Of a stretch of DNA of 64,000 nt, positions 49,221-61,948 are shown piece after piece. The position numbers and the translations under genes were made by a program. This stretch comes from Mizuhopecten yessoensis (Eukaryota), in contig NW_018406901.1 in assembly GCF_002113885.1 (NCBI RefSeq), positions 145,969-209,968 on the forward strand, read 5' to 3'. Numbering within the stretch: the first letter of the stretch is position 1; every line of letters starts with the position of its first letter. Under the pieces are notes generated by a model, which saw nothing but the letters and a program-made list of their open reading frames with translations, made no database searches and had not been told where the DNA came from.

Positions 49221-50158
49221 AATCGGATCCCGTTAATTGGACATCAGTGATCTTGAATAATGGAAAAATTCTTTATGTTGTTATGCATTTAGGAAACCTC
49301 TTTCTTTTCAGCGGGTTATATTAGTTTTTCCCTTTAGTCCTGTGTATTAATTGACTTTGTTCATTAGGAAAACTTGTTATAAATAGGTGTGATACTATAG
49401 TTTACAGGTAATTTAATATCACATAAGATATGGACCACTGATATCATCCTGGTAACCATGGTTACAGGTACCTCCAGCCCCCTCTACTTGGGATTTTCGA
49501 CTAGAAATTGTCAGAGTTGTGACTCGCAGGAAGACATTTCATCTGACCAAGGACCAAAGGCTGATCGGAGAAGTGCATGATTGTAAAAATGTCTGGAGAT
49601 GATGAAAAACAGCTAAACATAATGTGGAATTGGCATTTTGCATTTATCTAGCTAGTCGCAGATGTTGGGGACTTTCAATTATTTCTCGACATGGTGCCCA
49701 ATAGGGAATATACCAGCCCTATCTTATCGATTTGTGGTGACATTTTAAAAGGATAATGCCATCTCATTGTTGATGACACTCCTGTGCTAACATGTTGTAA
49801 ACCCAATCTTGTCTAAACATCGACTCTGTTCTAAAAATAGGGTATTTCCTTTAATTACACAATTGAATTGGAAGAAAGCTGTTTGATGGGTTAGGGATTA
49901 CTAAGAATCCACCAATACACTGGAATGAACCTCTGTAAATCACTACCATACAAATACTGTGTTGTAACCACAAAACGTCTCATTTTTTATACGGTGTGTG
50001 CTGATATCTTACAAAAGATGATTGTAAACCCTTTAATTGTCCACCTGTGCAGGTTTGTGAAAAGAACAGACATGCTTTTTCCCACTTCATGATTGTATGA
50101 GGCAACTCTTCAAAATCATGGATTTCTCCTGACTATCGCTTTTATTATATAGACATTA

Positions 50159-50610
50159 CAGGGATGTAACCAGGACTTTGAGTATGTGGAAGCATACGAA
50201 GCGCGAGTAGGGGGTGGGTTCGGGAGGGGGGTTACCCCCTCCTGAGTTTGAGGGGTTCGGGAGGGGGGGGGGGCCAAATTGGCCCCACCCACCCCCGAGA
50301 TTTTTTTTGAATCTTGAACCCATTCTGGTGCAGTTTGAGACATGAAATACTTATCATTTTCATATTTGGCTTGTAGTATTTTTTGATCAAATGCGTAATA
50401 ATTAGTTCCATATGAACAAGGAACATTTTCGTTAAATAGTCAATAAAAAAAACAATAACAATGAGATAATGAATTTACTGAGGGCCAAGGATTATATGAG
50501 TTGTTAAAGTTCATCACATATAGTTCTACGATGTGATCCTTGTTAAAATTATACTTGAAAAAATTGCGTGGAAGCCTGTGCGTCCGTGCATACGCCTGGT
50601 TACGTCCTTG
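50159..50610. mobile_element. Non-autonomous DNA transposon (hAT-like termini)
   Basis: TIRs CAGGGATGTAACCAGG / CCTGGTTACGTCCTTG, flanked by the direct repeat CATTA. Internal G-run/C-run blocks. Confidence 0.65.
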
Positions 50611-52667
50611 CATTAGGGAAACCCAAGTTTGATCTTCTGCCCCACTCTCTGCAACACTCGGATTTCCATCTTTTCTTTTTTTCCTTTCGGCTCTTTTTTC
50701 GTCAGCACTTCCCAAAGCACTCCTGGTGAGTCATTTGTTGTAAAATGTCGTATAGTGTGACGGCGGATGGAGCGTACCACTACCATGTCCGTGTTGTGAC
50801 ATTTTAGCGAAGTAGCATTATAAAGTGGCCCATAAGTGACCCTGTCATCATTGGAAACCATCAGTGCATTACTTTTAAAATAGCAAGAACACAAAATCCT
50901 GGAAAAACCAACACATATATAGTTTTACCAAATATGTGCAAAGTTAAGTGATCTGTAGCTTCATTTACTTGTGTTTCTTGCATATCACTTGATTTGGCAG
51001 GTGACGAGGAAATTACATGCAACTTTCATCTAATAATTAAATAATGGACAGATTATTACCCATATAAAGGCTACGGTTACCAGAGCAATATATTATAGAT
51101 TCAAACGCAATAAGAAATGAAAATAGAACGTGCCCAAAAAGCTGTTGGCATTTGTGAAGCGAGTTTGACGGAGAACCATTTGATGTCAGTCTTACTAAAT
51201 GGTGTTTTATAACCAAATTGTATCATGTATGACTGCTGAATTCCCAGGAGGTTTCCATTTGTGTGCATTTAAACAGATCGCGGTTTGCGCGACTTGTTTA
51301 TCCCAGTCGCTGGATTAGCTGTAGCCGTAGCCCTAGGAAGCATGTGGAAATACATTCCATTAAGACTATCGATTGCCGAGGAAGGCAGCCAACCTACTTC
51401 ATTTTATTTCCGAGTTAAAAAACCCACACTTCTTACAGAATACATCAACCTTTTGTGATTGAACAAGCATTAAAACCCAATTCTCAAAGATCAAATTTTT
51501 AACTCGCATTGGAAGATTCGGCTATATAAAACCTGTAGGTTTCCGCTGAGATACAGACCTGATCAAAGCAGCATTCATTTTACCGTTACATACCCAAGGG
51601 TTAATGAAAATGTTTTGAAATACAGTGCAAGTAGCTACACCAGTCTCCCAGAAGGACCAGTCGCAGCGTATGCAGACCATTCCATTTCAGTATTTGATTA
51701 AGATGGTGGACGATGCTGTTACATCTCCATTTAAGACATTGCAACCTAAACGTCGCTACACATAAAGAAGAACATAAAATCAATACCGCGGAATAGATTC
51801 CTCCATTTTACTGGAATTGATAATCTTTTAGAGCAAATACGATTTCCATGGAAACACGGCCCCAAAGAGGTGGCTTGTATGACAGGTCGCTGGGACGTAG
51901 ATTGCCAGCCAGCCAGCTTTCATTTTTTGGTCAATAACTTTATTTAATGAAAGTTGTAATGGAAAATCGATAGAATTTTATAGCTAATATCTGATCAAAC
52001 TTGCTCTCCGTCGACATGGCATTGTTGACGGATGTGGGCAAACACTTGAGGCCGTAAGAAGGCCAGATAGTCTACAATCAATAGACTAAGAAAACAAAGA
52101 AGGCCTCTTATCACGTTGTAAACTTTCAGATCTAGTGTGTGTGCTGTGTCAACACGGGACTGCAGACACTACCAATAATCCCTTTTAGGGCACCCAAGGG
52201 AAATAAAACGGTGTCGATATAGCACCCTTTCTTTATTGATATTTCAACTGTTTGCAGAAAGATCAAGATTTATATAAAAAAAAAATTATAATAGTATAGT
52301 TTCTTTTATCATAATAAATATTTTTCTAGATTGTTATTTCACAGTTGTCAAAATCTGATAAATGGCTGAAAGAAATTTGAAGCCATTCCTTTGTAATTAA
52401 AATAGTCTACATTTTTTTCTGGCATATTTGTTTAAACTTTAAAGCTTATTTCAATATGAGCCTATCCAAAAGAAAAATAAATTGCTTAAATTTCTTTAAG
52501 GACTTATGCAGTGTGAATGTAAAATGTTATTTTGAGGTATGGAAGGTGTGAAAATATTGAAGAAGTTGTGGTTTTGATTAATAGTGCAGGGGGGGTTGAA
52601 TATTTTGTTGTTTTAGTCTAGTGTTGCAAAAATAATTAGCTATTAAAACTGAACCCGATTCTGTGAT

Positions 52668-52758
52668 TTAACCCTTTCACCCCTATGTAACTTAAGTAGA
52701 CTCTGCCATGCATTGATATGGATGAGTTCATTATGATTTACAGTGTGGAAAGGGTTAA
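52668..52758. mobile_element. Tiny piggyBac-like MITE
   Basis: TTAA-CCCTTTC...GAAAGGG-TTAA structure, homologous in opposite orientation to 47342-47444. Confidence 0.7.
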
Positions 52759-53422
52759 AGTGTAGTTCAGATTACTAGATACATAACGAGGTAATATGCT
52801 AATTAGAAATGTACATATTGCAATCATAAATACTAAATACCTATGAAGACTTTTTAAAATTGCTTAATTGCTGTAAGATACATGAAGACAGGCTTTCTTT
52901 AAGAATCCCATTACTTAACCGATCTGCTCTGCATGCAAACCAACTTCGGCTAACTACACAAATTATCCTAGTAGCTTCTAATGCATACCAATTAGTTGAT
53001 CTCGTTTCTGGTAATTTGAAACACATATTTGATAGATTTTAATTTTAGAATTGCTATTCAGCATGAGTAACTTATGTAAATATAATATGGGTTACAAAAA
53101 AAAACCTGTCTAATGTCCTAAAAGAAAAATTATATTATTAACAAGAAAGAATGGATTTAGAAATATGAAAATCATTTACTTTGATAGTACACAATAGGAA
53201 ATAGAAATGGCCCATAAGTGACCCTAAACATTTAATACTTTTGTAAACATTTAATACTTTATGCATACCTTGTATTATATTGTAATTATCTGCAATTATT
53301 CTTAAGCAGGTCATGAATATATGCATGTGAAATAATTTTCTGATGTAAGGATGATTTTTTTCTTGTGGTTTTATGCCTTGGTGTAATGCATAACAGCAGG
53401 CCAAACAAAATAATTGTTGTGT

Positions 53423-53684
53423 AGGGTAGGGGCCTCAACAATACCTTGATAGAAACAAGGGTAGGGGCCTCAACAATACCTTGATAGAAACAAGGGTAGG
53501 GGCCTCAACAATACCTTGATAGAAACAAGGGTAGGGGATTAGTCAATACCTAGATAGAAACAAGGGTAGGGGACTCAACAATACCTTGATAGAAACAAGG
53601 GTAGGGGACTCAACAGAACCTAGAAAGAAACAAGGGTCCTCACCAGTACCTAGATAGAAACAAGGGAAGGGCCACGACAATACC
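53423..53684. repeat. 35-bp minisatellite (caagggtaggggcctcaacaataccttgatagaaa), about 7 copies
   Basis: Periodicity 35 (53426, 53461). Confidence 0.93.
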
Positions 53685-54110
53685 CGGTGTTGTTGACTAT
53701 AATATTACTTGTCGTGATGTTGTTGGTTTTTGAAGTTCATTGTCAACTATGTATTTCAGTCATGTTCCCATGAAAACAACACCACTTCAGAGCAACTTGA
53801 AAAATTCCAGTAAAAACAGCCGGAAAATTCTCAAGTAGCAGATGAAATTAGAATGAGATAGTTACGATGTGTACTTATGATTGTATAAAACATGGCTACA
53901 GGACTTTGCTGTCAAATGTGATATTTGATATCGGGAACAGGACATAGTATGAAATTGCCGGACATCATGTTGATACACTTTGAAATGGAAAAATTCTCCT
54001 AACAATTAACTATATATAATTCATTTAAAAAACCCTGAAATTTGTAGTTTTTTGTTGCTGAAAAAACTAGATTGTTGTAATAGATAAGGGGGATGTCACC
54101 TATAGTATTG

Positions 54111-54219
54111 TATAGAGTAAAACCTGTCCAATCTGACCTGGTTATTGTGACATACTGTCATATCCAACATGTAATTTGTTGATTCCCACAGGGTGTCGGA
54201 TTGGAGAGGTTTCTCTGTA
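54111..54219. mobile_element. TA-flanked MITE (Tc1/mariner-type design)
   Basis: TA-tagagtaaaacctgtccaatctgac ... gtcggattggagaggtttctctg-TA, imperfect TIRs of about 25 bp. Confidence 0.55.
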
Positions 54220-54296
54220 ACATGTAACTTTTAGTATTTTAATGTGTACCTGGATTTCATTTGCGATAATTAATGCTCTTTTCTTGCTTTTTTCAG

Positions 54297-54359
54297 ACTG
54301 AAATTGCTAAGAGGCTGAATGCTATTTGTGCTCAGGTCATTCCATTTCTCTCTCAGGAG
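54297..54359 (+). CDS. gro: Groucho/TLE exon 5 (TEIAKRLNAICAQVIPFLSQE)
   Basis: Long polypyrimidine tract with tttcag| and donor GAG|gtaagt, 63 nt. Conserved Q-domain peptide, following a 9377-nt intron. Confidence 0.97.
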
Positions 54360-56732
54360 GTAAGTTGAAGTTTACACATTCAGATTATTCCATTTCTGTC
54401 TCGGGTGAGGGTAAACTCCCACCTTTACTAAGGGTATTCCATTTCTGTCTTGGGATAGGGGAGGGGTTTTAAATTAAACTCCCACTTTCAGGTTATTCCA
54501 TTTCTGTCTCCAATGTAAATTCTGTTGTGTAAACATTTGTTATTTTACGTGCTATATATCCTGCTCTGAAAACTCCACATTCCCCTTTTTGAAAAGCATG
54601 TTAACAGATGCATGCCCTGTCATGTGAAAGTAAGAAACCCAAATTTATGACAAAATTGGTCAAACCTGTACTCAGTACACCAAAACATGGTCAAGTCACT
54701 TTAAAGAAGGAAGTAATTGAATTTTCTGGTGTCCTTGAAATAAAAAATTAAAAGCAAAGTTAATGATATTTTTGAAGCAAATTGATGTTTTTCATCTCGG
54801 AATGTTCGTTCTAATTAAGCAGTCCTTTGTTGCAAATATGAATCTAAGCTTCTGATTACGTTATGCAGACGTATGTTGTAAATAACTAGTCAAATTTGAT
54901 ACAGGGAAGTTATGATGTATTTGTACTATTATATATGCACAACTTGTAGATTTAATGAATCACGTTTTAGATTCCCTGTTTGGTGGACAAAGTATTAATG
55001 TTGATTCGGTGTATAATGATTTATGGTGGTCGGCTAGGTAGACGCCCTTGAGGTTATTAGGGTTGATGATGGGGAGCAGGTGCTGGCCTCGAGCCTGGTT
55101 AGTGGGGAGGTGAGACCTGTCCAGACCAATTCGTGTCCTGTCCCCCAGACATCAGCCCAAGTACCCCTCCCCACAGCCTTCTACAACATCCTAGACGGGT
55201 CCAATTATATTTATCACTCCCTGTAATTACTTAGGAATGGTACAGATATGGCGGTGGCGTGGATGTTTACGTTTGGTTGGATTGGAGCTCAATAGAGAAG
55301 ACTGATCTGTAGAAGGGGATGGTACCGATAGGAAGGGGTGGGGTANACAGCTAGCTGGTCACATTCAATTATCTGTCCATTGCAAGTCATTGTAATTAAC
55401 TGGAATTTGTATAATAGATTCCACATTCCTGCGATACATTTGTTTACTTTAGAAACTAATATATACAAGAAGATAATTATAAAATTATAGTCAGGAGGCT
55501 ACAATGAAATTCTTGTATGAAAAGGTCAGTTTAAACCTTGCCCATAAATAAATACTCCCCCCATCCCCCACCAAACCTCAAACACCCAGCCCCTTCAGTA
55601 AGGTGTATTCAAGAAGTGCTAGACAAACTATTCCAAGTGTTCTCTTTATGGACCAAAAACAAACACTTTAATCCTTATCGGATATCGGATACATGTATAT
55701 TTCAATATACAGACCATATTTGGTAAAGAGCATGTATTGCAATAGATATATTCCTTTGATATTTCCAAATATAGTGCGACACCTTTTAAATGGGGAAAAC
55801 AAAATAAAGTGAAAAAATAGATTTTGATGTAATTATCTGCAACACTGGAGAACAAAGAAATATGACATTTGTATAAAGATAGAATTGATTGAGTTATTGG
55901 ATACTAACCCGTGTCAATATTGGGATTTAGTGTTCTGGACTGAGCAAATATAGCCGTACGCTACAATTGTGTGCTCGTACCAACATCAACCACGCAATTA
56001 TGTCAATATTTACTCTAGTCATATTTAAACAGACTTTATTACAGTGCTATATAATTATGCTCGTTACCGATTTGTAGCCATATAGATGTCATTTGTAGTA
56101 TTTAAATTAGCGGTACAAATATACGAGCTTTCTAGGTATCGTATAGCCGAGTAAAGTGTTGGAGTGATTGAGAGAAGTGCACTTGTATTGTACTCGCAAT
56201 CAATTAGCTATCGTAGATGAATTATGTTTGTTCAGACTTTGGACACAAAACTATGGTTTTCCATGCTGAATTGAAAATGGAAATAAGGTACTTCATGGTT
56301 TCCCATTAAAAATTAACATTGAATTTATGAAACGTAACTTATGTTGTTTTTTTATTAACACTTACCACCACTTTTCGTATTTAAAATACTAGCTCAGACA
56401 GATTAAAAATATTCTACAAGTATGATGCATATATTTACATAGAACTAGTCCTAACTTGAAATCTACACTCTTTAAGGTCATCTGGCTATTCAAACTGTAG
56501 GGTACTTTACCACTTCCTGTTCAATTTTATTACCAAATCACGTTCCTGTCTAAGTTATCACCATAAAAAGTTTCAAGATGACACAGGTTCGTGGCTTTCC
56601 CTGCAAACTTGCCATCAAATAATAGGTAGCTTTTTGTTGACCATTACAAGTTACTACCATATAAGGTCATTTGTAGTTACCCATTAAAGTTTACCGCCAT
56701 ATAAGGTAAAATTGTGTTTTGTGTCATTTCAG

Positions 56733-56807
56733 CATCAGCAGCAAGTGGCGGCAGCAGTAGAAAGAGCCAAACAGGTGACTATGACCGAACTCAATGCCAT
56801 CATTGGG
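56733..56807 (+). CDS. gro: Groucho/TLE exon 6 ([25 protein letters not shown])
   Basis: Acceptor catttcag| and donor GGG|gtaagt, 75 nt. Conserved end of the Q domain. Confidence 0.97.
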
Positions 56808-57406
56808 GTAAGTGATCTCCCCCTGATGTTTGAGTTTATATTGTAAACAAACTTACGTTAGCGTAACTCTATTTCATTTATTGCCACAGACAGATTCTGT
56901 TAAAATAAAAGTAAAATGAAATATCGTAAAGAAATGGGAAAAAATAATTCATATAACTTTTTTTTTTTATCAACAAAAATAGATAAAAAGTGGCCGATAG
57001 AGGCTCTTACTCGGTCAAACTTTTAATTGTGTTGTTAAGTTCTTTTTTCGGATACAGGATTATTTGGTTTGGGGGGTAAAAGTGAGAATATTATTTTAGC
57101 AGTTTACCTGAATAAATCAAAATCTGTGCTGATAAATACTGACATCTGTTGACATAAGTTTGTTTACTGTTATGACTGAGATTACGAAAACAATTTACTC
57201 CATGTTTTGGCTGTGCATGTTATAAGCAATTACATGGATCCATGTTATTTCAACATTTATTTTTGCACTGTCCGTTTTTTTTTAATGTATATTGACTACG
57301 CAATGGCAGCAAGAAATGCAATCCTGGATTCTGCAGGAAGTTGTTTTAACATTTGGACAAATCTATGTGTACACACCAAAAATTCAATTCCAATAGCCAG
57401 ACAGAT

Positions 57407-57429
57407 GGGGGGGGGGGGGGGGGGGGGGG
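57407..57429. repeat. G23 homopolymer
   Basis: Direct reading. Confidence 0.95.
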
Positions 57430-58124
57430 AGGATATTTGTAGTAAATGCATGGTAGCAGAAAAATCAATGCACAACCTTATTTTATCAATATGCCCTATA
57501 TTCAATCATTTCTACTAGAAAACTTGAGTTATATATATGGGTTGTCGATATGACTTCGCATGTTTCGACAAATTGACTACAGGGCATCTATTTTCTTATT
57601 ATTTTTTTCGACAGCCATCTGCTTTAACGGAAGTTTACATTAACCTGTTAAACTTTGCAGCTGCAAGATTGTCATCACTCAAATCAATGGGTGTCTGGTT
57701 ATAATTTTTTGTGGATTTCAATGAAACTAAATTTTCGTGGGTGTAGAAAAAATCTCTTTATATATCGTTAATATATATATATATATATATATAAACATAA
57801 AGTTTGTGTATCAACTTTTGATGATTTTCAGAGTTTTATAGTTCATGTATTACCTGTTTATATGTGTATATTACCTGTTAATTAAATTGGAAACTTTCAT
57901 GATGTCATCATTGCGTACAACACAGTGTTTGTTTATTTGGGTGTTACCTGTGTTTATGTTTGTGCGTCACCTGTTAATTAGGCAGAAAATGCCCAGAATG
58001 TCGTTGTGTGTCAAATGTTGTTTGTTCATACATGTTTTTTCACCTGTGTTGTTTATATTTGTACGCTACCTGTGTTGTCTTGGATGGAAAACTTTCAGGA
58101 TGTATATGTTGTGATTCGTTACAG

Positions 58125-58317
58125 CAGCAAATGCAGGCTGGCCAACATTTAGCAGGGGCACATGCCCATGGGGCGCCACCCTTCCCGATGCCACCCCACC
58201 CCCCGGGACTCCAGCCTCCAGGACTGCCGTCTAGTACAGCGTCGACTCTCCTCGCCCTCACTGGCCACAGCGCTCTTGGGCTCTCTACACACCTCAACTC
58301 ACTCAAGGAGGAAAAAG
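58125..58317 (+). CDS. gro: Groucho/TLE exon 7, GP region ([35 protein letters not shown]...SLKEEK); gene continues beyond the window
   Basis: Acceptor ttacag|CAG (NAGNAG) and donor AAAG|gtaggt. Gly/Pro-rich peptide PHP.GLQPP typical of TLE GP domains, in frame with exon 6. The 3' boundary could alternatively be 58321. Confidence 0.9.
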
Positions 58318-61300
58318 GTAGGTAAAGGGCCATACAGGGTCAATGAATGGGGATTTGGTCAGAGTAAAATTAGTACTGTTCAAATCTTCATTCCTGCATA
58401 ACTGATACTTGTATATGTACTGCAAAGAAATACAAAAAAAAAACGGAACACATGTTCTTTCATTTCACACACTGCATAGAAATTGTTTTTTTGGCCTGAT
58501 GAGTCCAGATATGTATTTGATTGTTGGTTTGTGTGCCAACATCAAACGTGATACTGCAATCAAATGTCCAGAATTTTGGCACTATAAAGAGGGCTGGCAA
58601 TATATGGAAAGATCGTTATAAAGGATTTTTTTTGAAGGAAAATGGGGCATTTTAGAAAAACGGTGTCACTAAGTGAGGCGACAGTCCAAACTTGCGTTCT
58701 AACAAAATTTTGCTTCTGACTTCAAGCCCAACAGGCATTAAGATTAAATTTTTATGAAGTGGAAATTATTTTTTCTCGTTTTATGTAAGAAATTATCTGT
58801 CAAAAATGTATCTTGTTGTTTTGTTCTTGAAAACAAATATTCAACCAAATAATAGGTTATGGTGAATAGGTCAGTATGAATTATTCGTAGAAATCACGCC
58901 ATTCGGTTAATTGGATAGACGGGTACCCTTATAAGTGACGACACACCAGTACTGCTTTGTCTGTTAATTGGATGAATCATTTAGGATTTTGTGTCGTCCG
59001 TGTCGTTTTTTGACATACGTATTACATCGGTGTGTGACTGTTTGGAATGATTTATGTATATACGTATGAATTCTGATTGTTTGTTTTCCATTTTTCCTTT
59101 CATTTTTCCTGATGGGCAAACAGATGAAAAACATGTAAGTAAAATTCTTCAATATTTTCCTCATTTTCCTATTGGTTTGTACATATAGCAAAATCCAAAA
59201 GGTACACTTTAGAAAAGAAAAAATAACAAAACAAGAATGGCTTTCAAGGAAATTAAAAGCTTCCTGCCAATAATTACTCGCTAATTTTGCATTAAGCCTT
59301 CTATAATCTTTTTAAGTCGAGTAATCCATTGTTTAATGATCGGAAGAATTAATAATTTGATATGATTTATGTATATGTACATGCCTGTCTTATTCAGCAA
59401 TCCTTTGGCTCAGGTACTGCAGACCATTATCAAATGATTATATGTGTGTTGGAATGGATCATTTACTTAAAAGTGATCAAGTATTATTTTCGTGTTATTT
59501 TCCCTATGGGCTGGAACGGTGTCGGGATAAGCTGTTTAATGTTGAACAGTAATCCAGAACATTGACATGTTCGATAGATTATTAAGTTCATTCAAAAACG
59601 GGGGGAAATAACGTAATAATCTCTCAAGCATCAAACCACATCAACCCAGCAGCCTCTCGCAGACACTTTGACCTGCATCAGAGCCTTTCGCCACCTTTCG
59701 TCATTGGGGAAAGAAGGCCTTATGCAAGATCTTGTCGACAGATTCGGCTGGTTTTATGACTCTGTTAGTGATAACTATTCATGTCCTGTCACCATTTTGT
59801 GTCTTCCTTGCAAAATCAAGCCGATATGATGCCATAAAATTACATTTCTCTATTTTGATCACTTGCAAAAAATGCGTCAGATGCCAGTATATTTTGACGA
59901 CGATTGATAACAGTGCTTTTTCAAAATAGAGTCTATTCTGAGTTTCTCTTTATTTGCAACCGTCAAAAATAAAATTGACAGAGAAAATGAAATGCAAACT
60001 TGTGATGCGGTCGTGTGACATCCTGCATTCATTTCAGTTAAAGATGGCTGCCGAACGCATCTCTGTTCCTGACGATGATGATGTTCAGGAATGGAATCTG
60101 GAGGGCAGACACAGTAACTAAATAGACAAGAGAACATCTACTTTGCAAAACTCCACAGATTCCAAGAAAAAAACAAAATCTCAAAATGTTGCCTTTTATG
60201 TAATTATTATTGATGTATTAAATTATTAAAATTTCAAAAAATAGTAATTCTTTTTCTACAAGTTTTTTATTTAAACACTGAAGTATTTGTACTGGCATCC
60301 GGCATGAATATTTGGACGCAAGAGGCATAAAGGACATGAATAGTTTTTATAACATACCTTAAATGTACATGCTTTACTGGGGTCGTATTTCAGCACTTCT
60401 AAACAACACACAGCAAAACCACAGAGCATCATTTACTGTTGACCTTTCAACCTGGTTTTCAGGTTTGTTGGATTCCTCCCCAAAAAATGCTGAAATACGT
60501 TCACCACTAAAACTTGTATGCTTACAGGAACCTCTTCTCTTAATCATGGCATGTGTTATATGATCTAACTTTTTAGATTTTGACATGGCCTTCTGCCCAT
60601 GCCATTAGAACAATTTATGTGACGTCATTGAGGTTGAATTGGCGACTCAAATGTGACAGGATATTTCAACACACACAAGGGCATAAAATCTGACAGAAGA
60701 TTTCATGTTGATGCCCAGTTTGGCTTTCCTGTTGCTGGCAGTGTTTTATGTTTTCAGGATGTTTTGCAAAAATTCTTTGTAATTTATTTAAAAAAAAGAA
60801 TCTTTCATCTTCGATTTTAAGATATATATTCATTTTCTGTGGCATTTATTAATGACATTTTTGATCAAAATTTTGAAAAAGACTTGTCTAAAGAGTAATT
60901 ATTAGATATAACAAAGCTGAAAAATATCTTGGAATTAAGTTACACTTATTAGACAAATCAGAAATCTGTGATAAGCCTCGGGAAATTATGTAAATTGCAC
61001 ATTTTGACAGAAATCAGAAGCTATTTGGGCAAATTAAAGATAACTTGATCTGCAGGTTAATATATGCTACCTTACACATTATACCGCAATTTGTGTTAGT
61101 TGTCCCTTTATAGAGTTCATTTGTGTTATTGTAGGTGAAGTGATCAAAATACATGCATTTTTCTGTACCTTTCAATTGAAATGTGTCATCAGTTCTTGTG
61201 TACTTTTCATCTGGGTTATCACATAATCAAGCAAGTCTAGTTACTATTCATCGAGGTTGGTGAGACAGGTTTCTTATTCTGGCGGTCTTTTTGAAAGGTG

Positions 61301-61948
61301 ATACAAATTTCAAAGTAACATAGCATGTATCCTAATAGAAAAGTTTAGAAATTAAATTTCTTTGGAGTCCCCCCAATTTAAAAATTGATGGCTTTTTGCA
61401 CCAAAATGTTTATTATAAAATCTTCGCTACCAATTACGTTTAAAAATCTAAAAAAACGATCAAGATTTTTTTTCAGAAATTGTAGAAATTGAGATTTAGG
61501 AGTATATGTACTGAATATGTTTCGGGCTAAATATATGGTTTGGAAAAAGCATCCTTCAAAGGAGGGTACAGAATTTATTTATCAGATATTCTGCTTGATG
61601 TGTCTATAGTGGGCTAGGGTCTTGAACAATAAGATTATATTGCAACTTCATGATATTTAAGTCAGGGAAAGAAATGTAAGCTAGTAGCCAAGCACAAATT
61701 GATGGCAGAGATTCTCTCAGACTACCAGCACACAGTGTGGTTAAAATTGATTTTGTCTGTTTGTGGAAATGTTAAAATCTATGAATATTAAAACTACTAC
61801 AAAAATCAATGCAATAACAATTCCTTAATTTGGAAATATGTCCATTTCATACAAAACAAGCTCTATATATGCAGACAAGAACTGAGCTGTTTTGGCCCTC
61901 ACCGACTCAATTAGCTGGCTTAGACCAAAGATACTTCAGGCTGGTAAA

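Noticed and set aside
48080-49324. 414-aa Trp-rich ORF (WWIQGVLEVGR)n and overlapping VDTGCPRSGAL ORFs
   Set aside because: This is the translation of a 33-bp minisatellite inside gro intron 4. It has a GTG start, is open in two frames only because the unit is a multiple of 3, and shows no sign of codon-position-biased variation.
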